A DNA stretch of 64,000 nucleotides from the NCBI GenBank assembly GCA_000004985.1, contig GG738879.1; one strand, given 5' to 3'. This stretch comes from Naegleria gruberi (taxonomy: Eukaryota). The notes beneath the pieces were generated by a model. It was not told the DNA's origin. It did no database searches and saw only the letters and a program-made list of their open reading frames with translations. This document shows positions 1 to 11,576 of the stretch, in pieces; within the stretch, counting starts at the first letter, position 1, and each line of letters begins with the position of its first letter. A program made the translations under genes and the position numbers.

Positions 1-101
1 GAGTATTGAAATTAATTGTAATGTTTTTAACATAATTTAGTATCATTAAGGAGGTACAAAGACAATTTAAAGTTATCTTCAAAAATTCCAATTTTGATTT
101 T

Positions 102-3100
102 ATGAATGAGTTAAAAACAATGACAACTGAGAAGATTGATAAGGAACCTGAATATGTTTTTAATATGAAGGAAGCATCAGATAAAAAGTCAACAATAGTA
201 GATCAAAAGAAAGTTTGCCTCTGTACAAAATTAAGAGTATGCTATTACTATGAAGAAGGAGGAGTCACTCCAGAGGATGAGAGTAGATCTCCCAATTTAA
301 TGAGAAGTAACGATGATAACGTGCGAAGCAATTCTGAGCCATCACCAGTACATGGTGTCGAGTTGCATTTTGATAGATTTGTAGATGGTGCAGTTGTATA
401 TGGACCTTGGGGAGACCACCAGAGAGCATTGCTTCAAGCTTTCTTCTTCCCTCCTCTCTATGAGAATGCAAAGTACTATAGAAAAACAGCAGGACGACAA
501 AGAAAATCTGAAAAATTTGATGTTGAGTTCTATTTTAATGAAAAGACAACTTGGGTATTCCCTTTTATTGCAACACCAAAAACTTTAAGAGAAAAAAAAG
601 AAAATAAGGGCGACGAACAAATTTTGACAATGATTTTTGACAAGAATTCCTTCCTTCACTGGAGTGGTGATATGTATGCTTCTTTAGCAACTAATGAAAC
701 AATTACCAATATTGATTTCAATTTCCCAGGAATGAGTCTAATTACAAGCAATACGCAAGCCACCTTTGGTGAATCAGAGATAGGAAAAGGCCACTTCATT
801 ATGAGAAACTCTGCTGAATGGAATGGCAGAAAGGACTGGACTTTCAATTTTGAAGCAAACAAGTCTACAGTTTATTACACGGCAGGTAAGTTATCAATAT
901 ATTTTCTAATTCTAAAATCATTTATAGAACACATTGGATTCATTATGGATTTAATTAGGGATTGGAGAAATTATCCAAACCAAAAACAAGCAACTTTACT
1001 CGATTTTATTCCCTCTGTATATACATATAATTTTAAACTTTATAACTCAATGCTTAAGATGCATACTAACGACTTGAACATAGTGGAGTTTCCTAATGAC
1101 AGCTCCAAGAATCACTTTTTCTGTATTGATTACCCTCTAATGAGTATCAGTTTTACTGCTCCTGGAGAAGTTTTTTCCCCACCTTCTGTAGAATATTCAT
1201 TCAGTGTAGAGGTTAAGGGTGATGCACAAGTTGACCCTGGAGTACATATGGAATACCCAAAAGATCATCCTGTTCACGAAATGCAAATGGAACCAGGAAA
1301 AAAGTTTTTATGGGGCGAAAGAGCTCATGTACATGGAACCTATACAGTCCATGACAAAATCAATGTCGAAAATGTGGATTCCTGCATAATTAATGTTGAT
1401 TTATTCAATGTAAATTTAATGGTGAACGGATATCACCTCAATTATTTAATTACTATGTGGTTTGACCATTTCACTGCTGAAAGATTTTGGATGTCAGAAT
1501 CTGAATACATTGCAAATGGATATAAGAATGACAAGTCAAAGCAAATATCCAATTTACAATCCACTGATTTGTCGTCCATTCCTTATCCATCTAACCCAAC
1601 CGAATACTTTGTTACCATTAATATCAAACGAGGTATAGTACATTTGCCTCACTCTCTTTATTCGAGAGAAGAATGTACACAACTTATGGGTGAAGAATTT
1701 ACTATGGATATTAGATACGTACCTTCCAGTATTGATTTGTGTTTCAATCTTGGTCAACTTATGGCTGAAATACCAATTAACCCAGATGAAAAAGTAAGGC
1801 CTTCAAAGAAGTTTATTGGTTGTGAAGGAATCAAATTTTTAGCACAATTACCAATTGGACCAAATCCTGATGGGTTACTTTGGAGAAGAAAAATTCACTT
1901 TGATATTGGAGCAATAACTGGTGAAATCACTCCAAGTCAAATTGGTAATATTGTAAATATTGGTCTCAATTTTGTCTATCAGTGGAAATTGGCCTACTTC
2001 CCTAAACCTGACATTACTTTTAAAAAAAGTGATTATTCCAGAAGACAATATTCTTCTGAAGAGTTTGATGAATACTTGATTTGGGATGTTAGAGTAACCT
2101 TTGTTTCTATTTCTGCTGTCATTTCAATGACCAACGGTATGGTCAATATCGATTTAGACAAGGGAATTGATATTAATTTTGATTCACTCAATAATGGATC
2201 ATCCAATTCTAGGCTCAATGTATTGGTACCCTCCATACATGCCAGAATAATGAATGCAAGAGAAACAGGAATGAAAGTAGATGGTGATTGGGTTCAAATT
2301 GGAGAACTATTGTCTGGTCTTAAAGTTGGTATGGAAAAGAAAACTCACGACCTTAAAGAGCACTATTTCAGACAACAAAGGTTCATTCAAAATATGAACG
2401 GAGATTCGTTTGGATTGAATTTTAGTGCTGATAAACAAATGGAAACATCTCTTAACAAACGAGAGATGGAGACAAGTGCTTCAACAAGCAAGAAAAGGTC
2501 CAAAAAAAAGAATCCTTCAAAGAGATCTGTTGCTAAGACTACAACTGAAATTAGTGAAACAGATATTAGCGAAACAGACACAGATGCTGAATTTTTCGAT
2601 ATAGATGATGACGAATTGGAGCTGGAAGAGGAAGAAGAGAAGGTTCAAAAGGTCAGAAAAGTGTTTAATGGTCTAACTTTTCATGATACCGAACTGGGTA
2701 AAACAATTAGTGTAGACTATATTGATAGTATAATTTCAGAAGATGGAAGCCAATTTATAGAAAAGGATGTATTGGACGATAGAGCACAATGGAATCTTAT
2801 TTCGAAATCATCACCAAGTTTATCTACATATTCCAGTTATTTGAAAAATTATTACTATGAACAAGAAAGAGAAAGTCTTATGCCTTTAACATATAATGCT
2901 AAGCAATTTCTTACAGATAGATATCCTCACCATAGAATGGGAATGTACTCTCCTTTCCCTGAATATCACTTAAGAAGAAATAAGAATACTGAAGATTCAA
3001 ATGAGTTACTACCAATAGTATCAAAATTCAGCAAACTTGACATGAAAGATTTTAGAGGACAATTCTATTCATTTTCTTCTGGAAAGGACCGTGAGAATAT

Positions 3101-6100
3101 TGAGAGAATTTTGCAAATCGAAAGTAACTTTACCTCCCAAGAAAAAATTGATCAACAACATATCAACATTGAATTTTTAAAGAATATTGATATTAGCTTT
3201 TCACCAAATGTAATCTCTCTAGTACACCAATTAATCAAATATATAATACTTCCAGATTCAAACCTTCATGCTACAGCTGATCATATCGAAAAGTCAAAGA
3301 AAGTATTCCATCAGGATGTCCCAGAGGAATTATTAGAAGAGAAGAAAACTATTCCAAAATGGGATTTAAAGAAAATTATCTTTTCTGGTGGTGTTAAATG
3401 TGTTAATGTTAACGTTTTACAATCACTCTCTGTACCTAATATTATACCTGAGTCACCTTTACAAGGAACAGTTTCTGCATATTCTATCAAACTTTTTGCT
3501 ACTGATTTTGTAGCTTCTGGATCTGTAACTTTGAGAAAAGTGGAAGAGGAAAAGAAAGTAAGCTCTGAACTATTTTCTATTGAAGGTTTTGGAAAATGTC
3601 TAGAGGTTGGAGGTATTTCTCAGTGCTTAGATAGTAAAACATACCATTACAAAGGTATTGATCCTTCTGAGTTACCACTTTACTTCTTACAAAGGGTAAA
3701 TCTAATACCAGACGCACCAATAGTTGCAGCAATTCTTGTAGAGGACGTTCATTTCCAAGGTAAAAATAATATCAAGGAGGAAAACTCTCAGGGAAGATTT
3801 ACCTGTACAGTAGGAAAGCAAGGTTCTCTAGGATCAGGTGTTTCTGTACTCTTTACTCATGATATAATTGTAATTTCATATTCACTTGTAGAAGTGTGGA
3901 GAAAAGTTATCACAGATATGGTATTGAATGTTAGAAACTATTTGAGGTTACGACACGTCTATGATTTGCTACTACTTAGTCAAGTTTCAAAGAAAGCTGT
4001 ATCCAATACATCAGAAAACCTCTATGGAGTCTTGGAAAAAAAGCAAGCTTTGAAACATTTAAGAGCTTCTCTCTACTCTTTAACTTTTGCTGACTGTAGA
4101 AGTATTCAAAAGTTTATGCATTCTCATATAGGAATGGAAGTTGATTCAAAGGTAGAAATGAGAGCAATAAGAAATGAATACTCTGAATTGATAGAAGACG
4201 AAGACCATGCCCCTCAAATTCATACAAGCAAAACCTCTGTGAGATTGAGAACTGATATCTCTTTCCACTTGGAACGACTTGACCTTTCAGTTCATTCTGT
4301 TGATTTTAAAACAAAAGTTTACACAAAGAGTATTGCAAAGTTTAATGATATTTTAATGAGAGGAAAAGTAGAACATAGTTTGAATCCACTTTTCGAAACT
4401 GAGTACAAGAAATTTGAATCAGAAAATGCACAAAAGATAAGAGATATTTCTCTTATTTTATCAGTGAATTGTAGAGCCTTTAGTATTGATATTCACTCTC
4501 AAACTCTCATCCTTTTAACTTCAGCGCTTGGAGTATTCTTAATTGTTAAAAACAAACCTTTCATTAAAAAGTTGAGAGAAAAAGAAAAAAAGAACAAAAA
4601 CAAAAATCCTCAACAAAACCACGGAGAAATTAAGGAGATAACACACGATGTTTCTGCATCAACCCATGAACCAGAGGGTGAAAAAGAAATACCAGTGTAC
4701 CAAGAAAAAGTAGTCCTAAAACTGAATGTATTTACAAATGTTAATGTACAAAAAGCAACCGCTAGAGCATGGATGGACAAGAATAGTTTTGCAGAACTCA
4801 GTATTGATAAGTTTTCTCTACTCTTCAATCAACCTAAAAGCTCAGAAGAGCACATGCTAGCCATCAATAATGAGGAAAACAAGTCAGAGAAGAAGAGTAA
4901 TCTTAAAATGGTACATAGTAGTAATATTTCCATTAACAAAATTCTATTCCAGTTCAATTATACAACTCCTGAAAAAACAAACGAGAGAACAAAAGAGTTT
5001 ATTTCTCTCTTTGATGTTACTGTGAATGATATTAGACTTAATGAATTTTTATTCAAAGAAAAGGACTTGAATGTGCATGCCTATTTTGCATTTGATAAGC
5101 TTTTAATTAATCTTCCATTTGCTGATGTTTGGTCTGCATCTTCAGTACAATTTAGGCTGTTTGTGAAAACATGGTATGAAGCTATCAAAAGAAAGCCTAA
5201 TTTACCAAGCTTTGACATTTCAAAAGATTCTTCTCAACCAAAACAAGACCAAGAGCAACCCAAATCACCTATTAATTTCAATATTCCTGCAATTAATATT
5301 GTTCTTGATTTGAATGATATTTCTGCATACTTCAAGTTGGTAGATTCTTTCCAAATGAGATATAGTCTCACGAAACTAACAGCTCACTTCAAGCAAAATT
5401 CAAAACTTGACAATAACTTTATGGTACACTTGTTCCCGCATTCGTTTACTTTGAAATCAAAGAATGATGAAGAATTTCCAAACTCCAACAAGTGGGAAGG
5501 TCCAAGAAGCACAACACTTGGTTCGAATGAATTCAGAAAGATTTTCATTCTTCCTGAAGTTATTGTTTCTGGAAGTTTAGAAAATAAGGACAATAATGGT
5601 ACTACACAGAGAATACTTTCCACTTTAATAGCTATTGATTACTTTGAAAATGTGGTTACAAGTGATTTGTTAAATCATGTTATTGTCATTCAATCCGCTG
5701 TTACAAAAGAGATTAACAAGATCATTGAAAGCTTGAATAAGGGTGTTGAAGATTTAGAAAAAATCAAAAACGAATTACCAAAAGCTAAAAAGAATGTCAG
5801 ATCTCTCAATCTTTTCTTTGATGTAAAGCTTTTGTTTGAAGGAATTAGAATCACAGCTCTTGGACCATCTACAGCTCTGGTTGTTGACTCTGGATCAGTT
5901 AATGTTACAGCTTCCAACATTGAACATGTACGAGTCAAGATGTCACTCAAAGGTCTAAATATTAATATGGTAGACACCCACAACATCAAATGGGCAAGTA
6001 CAAGAAAGTACAACAATAGATATTCTGAAACAAGTGAGTGTTACCAGTGGGCCCAATTCCAATCAAACCTTCAAGTTCAAAACTTCCTGGATACTAAATT

Positions 6101-9100
6101 ATCTACAACAGACAAACAATCCACCAAGAATTTCACTCTCGATATTTCAAATACCCATCTATACCTTAGACCTGGATGTATAGAGCAAGCACTATTTTTA
6201 TTTAAAGATTACAAGCAATCAGTCCAAACTGTGTTTGAAAAGTTAAAAGAGGCTAGACAAAAGAATAGATCTGAAGCTTTAACTTCCCTCATCAAGACTG
6301 GAGAAGAATATTATTCATTATATTCTCATCAAATCAAAGAAAAAGTTGCTTCAGATGCTAGTACATTTATTAATTCAGGAGTGGTAAGAATTATGAATAC
6401 CACCCTATCTATGCCATTCGGAGATAATCCATACTTTGGATTCCTCACAAATGAGGGTCCTAATTTCAAACCTACATGCTGTTTACAAGTAATTATTCCA
6501 GCAGTTGGTCTCTCAACAATGTCAGAATCAGAAGATGATGTTAGTGCTACACTAGATACATTGATTTCAACAGGAAAAGACAGTGTTTCCAGTCAAAGAG
6601 TTGCCACTTGTAAGGTGAAGTCTATCAATATTTATCTCGATGAAAAACCCCTAAAGAAATCTAAATATTCCTTTAGTATGCCAACACTTCATGACTTTGA
6701 TCAAGCAAAAACAAAAGGAAAGATTGAGAAAATAATGATGAGCTTGAAGCTAAGAGTCACAACCAACGAAATCAATGGTTCTGGTGTTATTCATGTACCT
6801 GGTCCTGATTTGAATATTTCACCAGTTATAGTTAGAAGAGCTCTTGAACTTGGATATGATTGGTTTAATCCAAAACGAAAAATTTTCAATTCATATGTTG
6901 AATCTCCTAAGACCCAACCACAAAAACAAGACCAAGGTGTAATTACGCCAACGAAAGTAAGAGAACTCACAAAAAGAAAAATTTATTTCCTCATTACTGC
7001 CAACATTCAACCTGGTGTATTTAATTTAGTTCACAATATGACACCAAATACACTCGTTAGACGTAAAATTACAGACGAAACAGCTGTTGCAGTAGAAGGA
7101 AAATTGCCATCAGTTACAGTTACAGCCTTACACAAAAATCCAGGTACGAACACAAACCGATCTACAACACATATTCAAACAGGCATTCATTGGGATGGTG
7201 TTAAACTTCTTCCAAAATCATTATTCTTTGTATTGGAGGCAGTTCATGAGTTTAAACTTTGGTCAAAGGAAGAGCAAAAAAGAAGACAAAATTCTGCAAC
7301 CTACAAGTCAAAAGATCAAAATACTACCGAAATTGAGGATACCAAGGAGGTATTCAAACCTGTTGCATGGATGAGAATGCTTAAATCCGTTCTCCTTGTA
7401 CAAAGAATTTACAGAGGGTTTAGAGCAAGACAACTCGTTAAAAAACTCAGATCCGACAAGAACTTGAGAAGTACTTATCTTAAAAAAACAACAAAGAAGG
7501 AAATCAAAAAGAAAGAAAATGCTTCTCTCCAATCTGATTCCTTCAGTTTGCAATGTAGAATCAATCCTTTTAGAGTTGAACTTTCTTGCTTCCCTCTTGC
7601 AGAAACGGTTACTTGCTTTGAATTCACATCTCCATTCGATATTATTTTGAGTAGAACATTGAGAACTGTACAAACGGGTAATACCAAGGGTACTGCCATT
7701 TACCTTAACGTTTGCCTTTCTTGCCCTATTGCCTTGATAAGATGCTACCATCCTCTATCTCCTACACCATTTGTTATTTTGACAGTAGCAGGAATTATTG
7801 GAAACTTGGGCAGTGGATTTGGAAATTATCTTAGATCTGATGACACTCCGGTATATTCAGGAACTCTTCACGTAAAAAAGGTTTCAGTAGAGGTTAGTCT
7901 ACCACAAATGAACCACTTCTTTATTATGTACACAATTTGGATGGATAAATATGAAGAAGCCAGGAAGTCTCTCAAGATTGTAAGAGGAGATATCAAAACA
8001 ACACCTAAAACTCAATTAGTTGTTCTGACGAACGAAGAGAAAGAAGAGAAAGATCAAAAGAGAAAGAAAATTATTATGGAAGAAATATCCCTTGAATCTA
8101 CCTCATCTAAATTTGGTCAATTATTAATCTCCTCATTCGAAATTGTTAGTGATATGGGTCCAACTCTTGGTAAGCAGAAATTGTATGCTGAAGAAATTTC
8201 CTTGTTCTGCAAAGATAAGGGACGTATAGTTAATGAAATTGAAAGAGAACCATTACATATTGGTGGATACTTAGGAAAATTTGAGGGAACATTTGTTGGA
8301 AGACTTCAAGGTAATATATCGATGAATGGTATTGTAGTTGGGCTAAATAGAACATTCAAGAAAGGAGGTTCATCTCCTACGTATAAGGGATCTAGTGAAG
8401 TGTTTATTACAGCTTTACCAACTCTAATAGATTTGGAGCTCAACTCTGCCAAGATACTCAACATCTCACTCAACACATTATCCATTACATTCTGCGATAT
8501 ATTTGACTCTACAGATGGTAGACAATACCATGTGGAAACATCTGTAAACTCATCTGGAGCAACAGTTCGTCTTTCTAAAATATCTGCATCTGCTTTCATA
8601 TACGTATTCTATAAGATCAAAGAGTTAGCCACTGAAAGAAAGAAAGCTGCATTAGATACTCTCCAAGGATCTGTTAATTTTTATAATACAGAGGATGCCT
8701 CTGAAAAAGAAACAGAAGAAGAAAAATCATTCGAAATCAAATCTCTAAAAATTCAATCTCCAACGAAACAATTTTTATCACTCATTCCAATTGGTGATAT
8801 AGTTTTTAAGGGTGTAAATCTCAAAGTTTACCTTTATGAAAAGTTTACAGTTGAAAAAGATCAATTCGTTCCAGCAGGAGATTGGTTAGAGTTTGGAATG
8901 GATGACTACCAACTAAAGTTCAAACGTAAAGGACTTATGGAGGATAAATCTGTAGAAAGGTCACTGACATTGTTTTTAGCCAAAGTAGCTCTGGATAGAA
9001 TGACTACTCCAAACAAGCGATCATTTATTTTGGAGGTCCCTGGAGCTCACTTAACAATGAACTCATTACAAACAAGATCTATTCCAGATGTAATTAATTA

Positions 9101-9545
9101 TACATTCAAAACCAAGTTCCCTAAGGCCATTACAGTCACCACCAATTTGAATGAATATACATTCTTACAAGGTTTGATGAAGCTCTACAAATCAGAAGTT
9201 ACAAACGAATTGGAGGAACATAAGAAATCTGTACAACAACAATCATCATCTGTAATTTCCCTCACTTCTCAAAAACAAACAACAACAGATACTCAAATAT
9301 CCATATTTGGAATTCCAAAGAGAAAATTCGAAGGTACAATTCAACTAAATCCTAAGCTAAATGTTTTAGGAGATTTAACTCCTCAAGTTCAAACAGTTTT
9401 GTCATGGCTTGGAATTTCTGAAAGTATTATACCAAGAGCAGCTCATGAAGGAGTATCTGACTCTCTTGAGTCAATATTTATCATTTGTTATAGAGCTTCT
9501 GAATTGATGGATAATTTATTTGTTGAATCAACTTATGAAAAATAA
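102..9545 (+). CDS. Giant (>=3147 aa) protein of unknown function; IQ-like motif present; one probable short in-frame intron (about 886..927); may start upstream of window
   Basis: Uninterrupted 9.4-kb ORF in AT-rich DNA. GTAAGT...TTTATAG element of 42 nt at about 886..927 encodes an odd hydrophobic stretch and is a multiple of 3, so frame cannot decide. In-frame stop at 33..35 and an AG at about 39..40 leave the 5' end open. IQ-like LVQRIYRGFRARQLVKKLR near residue 2440. No P-loop, HECT, BEACH or FATC signatures recognised by eye. Confidence 0.55.
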   Translation: MNELKTMTTEKIDKEPEYVFNMKEASDKKSTIVDQKKVCLCTKLRVCYYYEEGGVTPEDESRSPNLMRSNDDNVRSNSEPSPVHGVELHFDRFVDGAVVYGPWGDHQRALLQAFFFPPLYENAKYYRKTAGRQRKSEKFDVEFYFNEKTTWVFPFIATPKTLREKKENKGDEQILTMIFDKNSFLHWSGDMYASLATNETITNIDFNFPGMSLITSNTQATFGESEIGKGHFIMRNSAEWNGRKDWTFNFEANKSTVYYTAGKLSIYFLILKSFIEHIGFIMDLIRDWRNYPNQKQATLLDFIPSVYTYNFKLYNSMLKMHTNDLNIVEFPNDSSKNHFFCIDYPLMSISFTAPGEVFSPPSVEYSFSVEVKGDAQVDPGVHMEYPKDHPVHEMQMEPGKKFLWGERAHVHGTYTVHDKINVENVDSCIINVDLFNVNLMVNGYHLNYLITMWFDHFTAERFWMSESEYIANGYKNDKSKQISNLQSTDLSSIPYPSNPTEYFVTINIKRGIVHLPHSLYSREECTQLMGEEFTMDIRYVPSSIDLCFNLGQLMAEIPINPDEKVRPSKKFIGCEGIKFLAQLPIGPNPDGLLWRRKIHFDIGAITGEITPSQIGNIVNIGLNFVYQWKLAYFPKPDITFKKSDYSRRQYSSEEFDEYLIWDVRVTFVSISAVISMTNGMVNIDLDKGIDINFDSLNNGSSNSRLNVLVPSIHARIMNARETGMKVDGDWVQIGELLSGLKVGMEKKTHDLKEHYFRQQRFIQNMNGDSFGLNFSADKQMETSLNKREMETSASTSKKRSKKKNPSKRSVAKTTTEISETDISETDTDAEFFDIDDDELELEEEEEKVQKVRKVFNGLTFHDTELGKTISVDYIDSIISEDGSQFIEKDVLDDRAQWNLISKSSPSLSTYSSYLKNYYYEQERESLMPLTYNAKQFLTDRYPHHRMGMYSPFPEYHLRRNKNTEDSNELLPIVSKFSKLDMKDFRGQFYSFSSGKDRENIERILQIESNFTSQEKIDQQHINIEFLKNIDISFSPNVISLVHQLIKYIILPDSNLHATADHIEKSKKVFHQDVPEELLEEKKTIPKWDLKKIIFSGGVKCVNVNVLQSLSVPNIIPESPLQGTVSAYSIKLFATDFVASGSVTLRKVEEEKKVSSELFSIEGFGKCLEVGGISQCLDSKTYHYKGIDPSELPLYFLQRVNLIPDAPIVAAILVEDVHFQGKNNIKEENSQGRFTCTVGKQGSLGSGVSVLFTHDIIVISYSLVEVWRKVITDMVLNVRNYLRLRHVYDLLLLSQVSKKAVSNTSENLYGVLEKKQALKHLRASLYSLTFADCRSIQKFMHSHIGMEVDSKVEMRAIRNEYSELIEDEDHAPQIHTSKTSVRLRTDISFHLERLDLSVHSVDFKTKVYTKSIAKFNDILMRGKVEHSLNPLFETEYKKFESENAQKIRDISLILSVNCRAFSIDIHSQTLILLTSALGVFLIVKNKPFIKKLREKEKKNKNKNPQQNHGEIKEITHDVSASTHEPEGEKEIPVYQEKVVLKLNVFTNVNVQKATARAWMDKNSFAELSIDKFSLLFNQPKSSEEHMLAINNEENKSEKKSNLKMVHSSNISINKILFQFNYTTPEKTNERTKEFISLFDVTVNDIRLNEFLFKEKDLNVHAYFAFDKLLINLPFADVWSASSVQFRLFVKTWYEAIKRKPNLPSFDISKDSSQPKQDQEQPKSPINFNIPAINIVLDLNDISAYFKLVDSFQMRYSLTKLTAHFKQNSKLDNNFMVHLFPHSFTLKSKNDEEFPNSNKWEGPRSTTLGSNEFRKIFILPEVIVSGSLENKDNNGTTQRILSTLIAIDYFENVVTSDLLNHVIVIQSAVTKEINKIIESLNKGVEDLEKIKNELPKAKKNVRSLNLFFDVKLLFEGIRITALGPSTALVVDSGSVNVTASNIEHVRVKMSLKGLNINMVDTHNIKWASTRKYNNRYSETSECYQWAQFQSNLQVQNFLDTKLSTTDKQSTKNFTLDISNTHLYLRPGCIEQALFLFKDYKQSVQTVFEKLKEARQKNRSEALTSLIKTGEEYYSLYSHQIKEKVASDASTFINSGVVRIMNTTLSMPFGDNPYFGFLTNEGPNFKPTCCLQVIIPAVGLSTMSESEDDVSATLDTLISTGKDSVSSQRVATCKVKSINIYLDEKPLKKSKYSFSMPTLHDFDQAKTKGKIEKIMMSLKLRVTTNEINGSGVIHVPGPDLNISPVIVRRALELGYDWFNPKRKIFNSYVESPKTQPQKQDQGVITPTKVRELTKRKIYFLITANIQPGVFNLVHNMTPNTLVRRKITDETAVAVEGKLPSVTVTALHKNPGTNTNRSTTHIQTGIHWDGVKLLPKSLFFVLEAVHEFKLWSKEEQKRRQNSATYKSKDQNTTEIEDTKEVFKPVAWMRMLKSVLLVQRIYRGFRARQLVKKLRSDKNLRSTYLKKTTKKEIKKKENASLQSDSFSLQCRINPFRVELSCFPLAETVTCFEFTSPFDIILSRTLRTVQTGNTKGTAIYLNVCLSCPIALIRCYHPLSPTPFVILTVAGIIGNLGSGFGNYLRSDDTPVYSGTLHVKKVSVEVSLPQMNHFFIMYTIWMDKYEEARKSLKIVRGDIKTTPKTQLVVLTNEEKEEKDQKRKKIIMEEISLESTSSKFGQLLISSFEIVSDMGPTLGKQKLYAEEISLFCKDKGRIVNEIEREPLHIGGYLGKFEGTFVGRLQGNISMNGIVVGLNRTFKKGGSSPTYKGSSEVFITALPTLIDLELNSAKILNISLNTLSITFCDIFDSTDGRQYHVETSVNSSGATVRLSKISASAFIYVFYKIKELATERKKAALDTLQGSVNFYNTEDASEKETEEEKSFEIKSLKIQSPTKQFLSLIPIGDIVFKGVNLKVYLYEKFTVEKDQFVPAGDWLEFGMDDYQLKFKRKGLMEDKSVERSLTLFLAKVALDRMTTPNKRSFILEVPGAHLTMNSLQTRSIPDVINYTFKTKFPKAITVTTNLNEYTFLQGLMKLYKSEVTNELEEHKKSVQQQSSSVISLTSQKQTTTDTQISIFGIPKRKFEGTIQLNPKLNVLGDLTPQVQTVLSWLGISESIIPRAAHEGVSDSLESIFIICYRASELMDNLFVESTYEK

Positions 9546-9569
9546 ATAATTTAATTACTCGATATGCAT

Positions 9570-11576
9570 TTAGTCTGAAATTCCTTCATTCCTCTGCCGC
9601 ACTATTTCTTTAGCTTTCTTCACTCTCTTGCTAAGCTTTGCTTTCATCTTTGAAAGAAGCATAAATCTGTCTACAACTTTCATTTCACGACCAACAGTAA
9701 TAGCGCCAGCAATTTCTTGGTCTGTTGAAATTTCAATCTTATCAACTTGAGTAACAAATGGCCATTTACCATTCATTGTTATCCAAGCATGTTCCTTAAT
9801 CTCCTTAATTGTAATTCTTCTATGTGGATCCTTGCAGAATAACCTAGTTAATAAATCTTGCAGATCTGGCTCTATATTTTCAGGTATTTCTGGCTCGTCA
9901 TTAAGAATAGCATTATACATTCCAAGAATACCTGGTCCAAAAAATGGCAGTCTACCATACAGCATAACAAATAATGTAACACCTGCTGCCCAAATATCAG
10001 ATGCATAGCCACTGTACGATCCAACATGACAAGCTTCTGGCGAAAGGAAAGCCGGAGTACCGGGTGCTGTGTTAAAAGTATCATTGTCTCCTTCTAACAT
10101 TGAACTAACACCAAAATCTGTAATCTTTAATCTGTCATCCTTTGTTACTAACACATTTTCAGGCTTAATATCTCTATGTACAATTTTGTTTTCGTGCAAA
10201 TATTCTAATCCGCAAATAAGGTCTCGGTAATATCTTCTACACGTTTCTTCTGTAAAAGCTGGTCTATCGGTTTTATCTTTAGATATAATTTTCATTAAAC
10301 ATCCACTTTCAATATATTCAAAAACAAGGAACAGCTTATCAATCTTTGGATCGTCTATCACTTCATAAAGTTCCACGACATTTGGATGATGAAGTTTCTT
10401 AAGAATTGAAACTTCTTTCATCAATATCATTAAACTTGAATTATCCTTATCCTTAACTGGCCTTCCTAGCTTGTCCTTCTTTTTCAAATCTTTCAAAATG
10501 GACTTGTTAATAATTTTCAAAGCACATAATTCACCAGTATCACTCTTCTTACAAAGCTTAACTTTTCCATGCATACCTCTACCAATCTTTTTAATAACGA
10601 CATACTCATTGACAGTTTTCTTACCATCTTGATCTACACCTGTAGATAAAGTGGTTGTCATGTGAACTTGTCTCTTTGTTCTTGGTGAAGACCCTTCGGT
10701 TTCAGATCCACCAGTTGAAAGTGCACCTGAACTACTGTAACCTTCTTCATCAGAATAAGGTGAGAGCCCATTTGGAATATTCAACTTTGGCTCTTGTAGT
10801 ATAGTAGATGAAGCAGGATTTTCCTTTTCTTCCTTTCCAGTATCTTCTTGTTCTGGTTTATCATCTTCAATTTCAAACTTTTTCAAGCTCCTAGATTTTG
10901 GACTAGCAATATTTACAATTGATTTTCTATCATCTGCATCCTGACCATTATCAGAATCGATGAATTTATCTTTAGATATACTTCTATTCACTGAAGAAGC
11001 ATTAGATCGTTTCCTTCTTAATTTCTTGCCTGAATTCTTCATCGATCTTGTTGAGGTTCTTACAGGTTGTTCAATTTCCTCCGAAGAAGATGAAGAATGA
11101 GAAGCTATTGGATTACCAATAGCAAAATCATCCTTAGTGAATGTGAATGAGCTCGCCTGTTGTATTGTTTTATGAGACCAGAAACGTCTTAATTCCTGTG
11201 GCGATTCCGTTTGAACACCTTTATCTTGTGGAGGTCCTTTTGATATTAATTGTTGTAATAATTGCAATTGCTCAGAATTTATCATTACTAAAATATTTTC
11301 CAATCCAACAACCTCCTGATTTTGTTGAAGGTTAATATATTGTGAGCTTGAATTTGGTAAGTTACTATTTGTTGTGGGAAGTAAAAAAGAAGATGAAGAG
11401 GATTCATGTTGAGTTGATGCACTAATCCCCTTAGTCGGGTGATAACGATGAGAACCTCTCTCTGATGAATCATTATTTAGAAAAGGTTGGTTAAGTTGAA
11501 CGTAATCGTTGTCATCTTTAGCCTCCCCAGGAATAACACGATTAGAATGATGTGGAACACAGCAAGCTTGTCCCAT
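9570..11576 (-). CDS. Ca2+/calmodulin-dependent protein kinase kinase (CaMKK)-like Ser/Thr kinase with long Ser-rich N-terminal region
   Basis: Kinase domain IGRGMHGKVKL...HRDIKPENVLV...DFGVS...GTPAFLSPE with the Arg/Pro/Lys-rich insert after subdomain II typical of CaMKK; close to animal CaMKK by eye. First ATG of the ORF is MGQACCV; the track start upstream is a GTG codon. Single exon. Confidence 0.75.
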   Translation of the reverse strand: MGQACCVPHHSNRVIPGEAKDDNDYVQLNQPFLNNDSSERGSHRYHPTKGISASTQHESSSSSFLLPTTNSNLPNSSSQYINLQQNQEVVGLENILVMINSEQLQLLQQLISKGPPQDKGVQTESPQELRRFWSHKTIQQASSFTFTKDDFAIGNPIASHSSSSSEEIEQPVRTSTRSMKNSGKKLRRKRSNASSVNRSISKDKFIDSDNGQDADDRKSIVNIASPKSRSLKKFEIEDDKPEQEDTGKEEKENPASSTILQEPKLNIPNGLSPYSDEEGYSSSGALSTGGSETEGSSPRTKRQVHMTTTLSTGVDQDGKKTVNEYVVIKKIGRGMHGKVKLCKKSDTGELCALKIINKSILKDLKKKDKLGRPVKDKDNSSLMILMKEVSILKKLHHPNVVELYEVIDDPKIDKLFLVFEYIESGCLMKIISKDKTDRPAFTEETCRRYYRDLICGLEYLHENKIVHRDIKPENVLVTKDDRLKITDFGVSSMLEGDNDTFNTAPGTPAFLSPEACHVGSYSGYASDIWAAGVTLFVMLYGRLPFFGPGILGMYNAILNDEPEIPENIEPDLQDLLTRLFCKDPHRRITIKEIKEHAWITMNGKWPFVTQVDKIEISTDQEIAGAITVGREMKVVDRFMLLSKMKAKLSKRVKKAKEIVRQRNEGISD

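Noticed and set aside
265-8599. Many 60-150-aa ORFs on the minus strand inside the giant gene (265..471, 656..862, 1554..1757, 2033..2236, 2387..2581, 4610..4828, 5384..5623, 5690..6016, 7308..7751, 7475..7699, 8306..8599), and the plus-frame ORF 385..588
   Set aside because: All are antisense or alternative-frame readings of an A+T-rich coding region, with low-complexity hydrophobic translations and no start context. Expected by chance.
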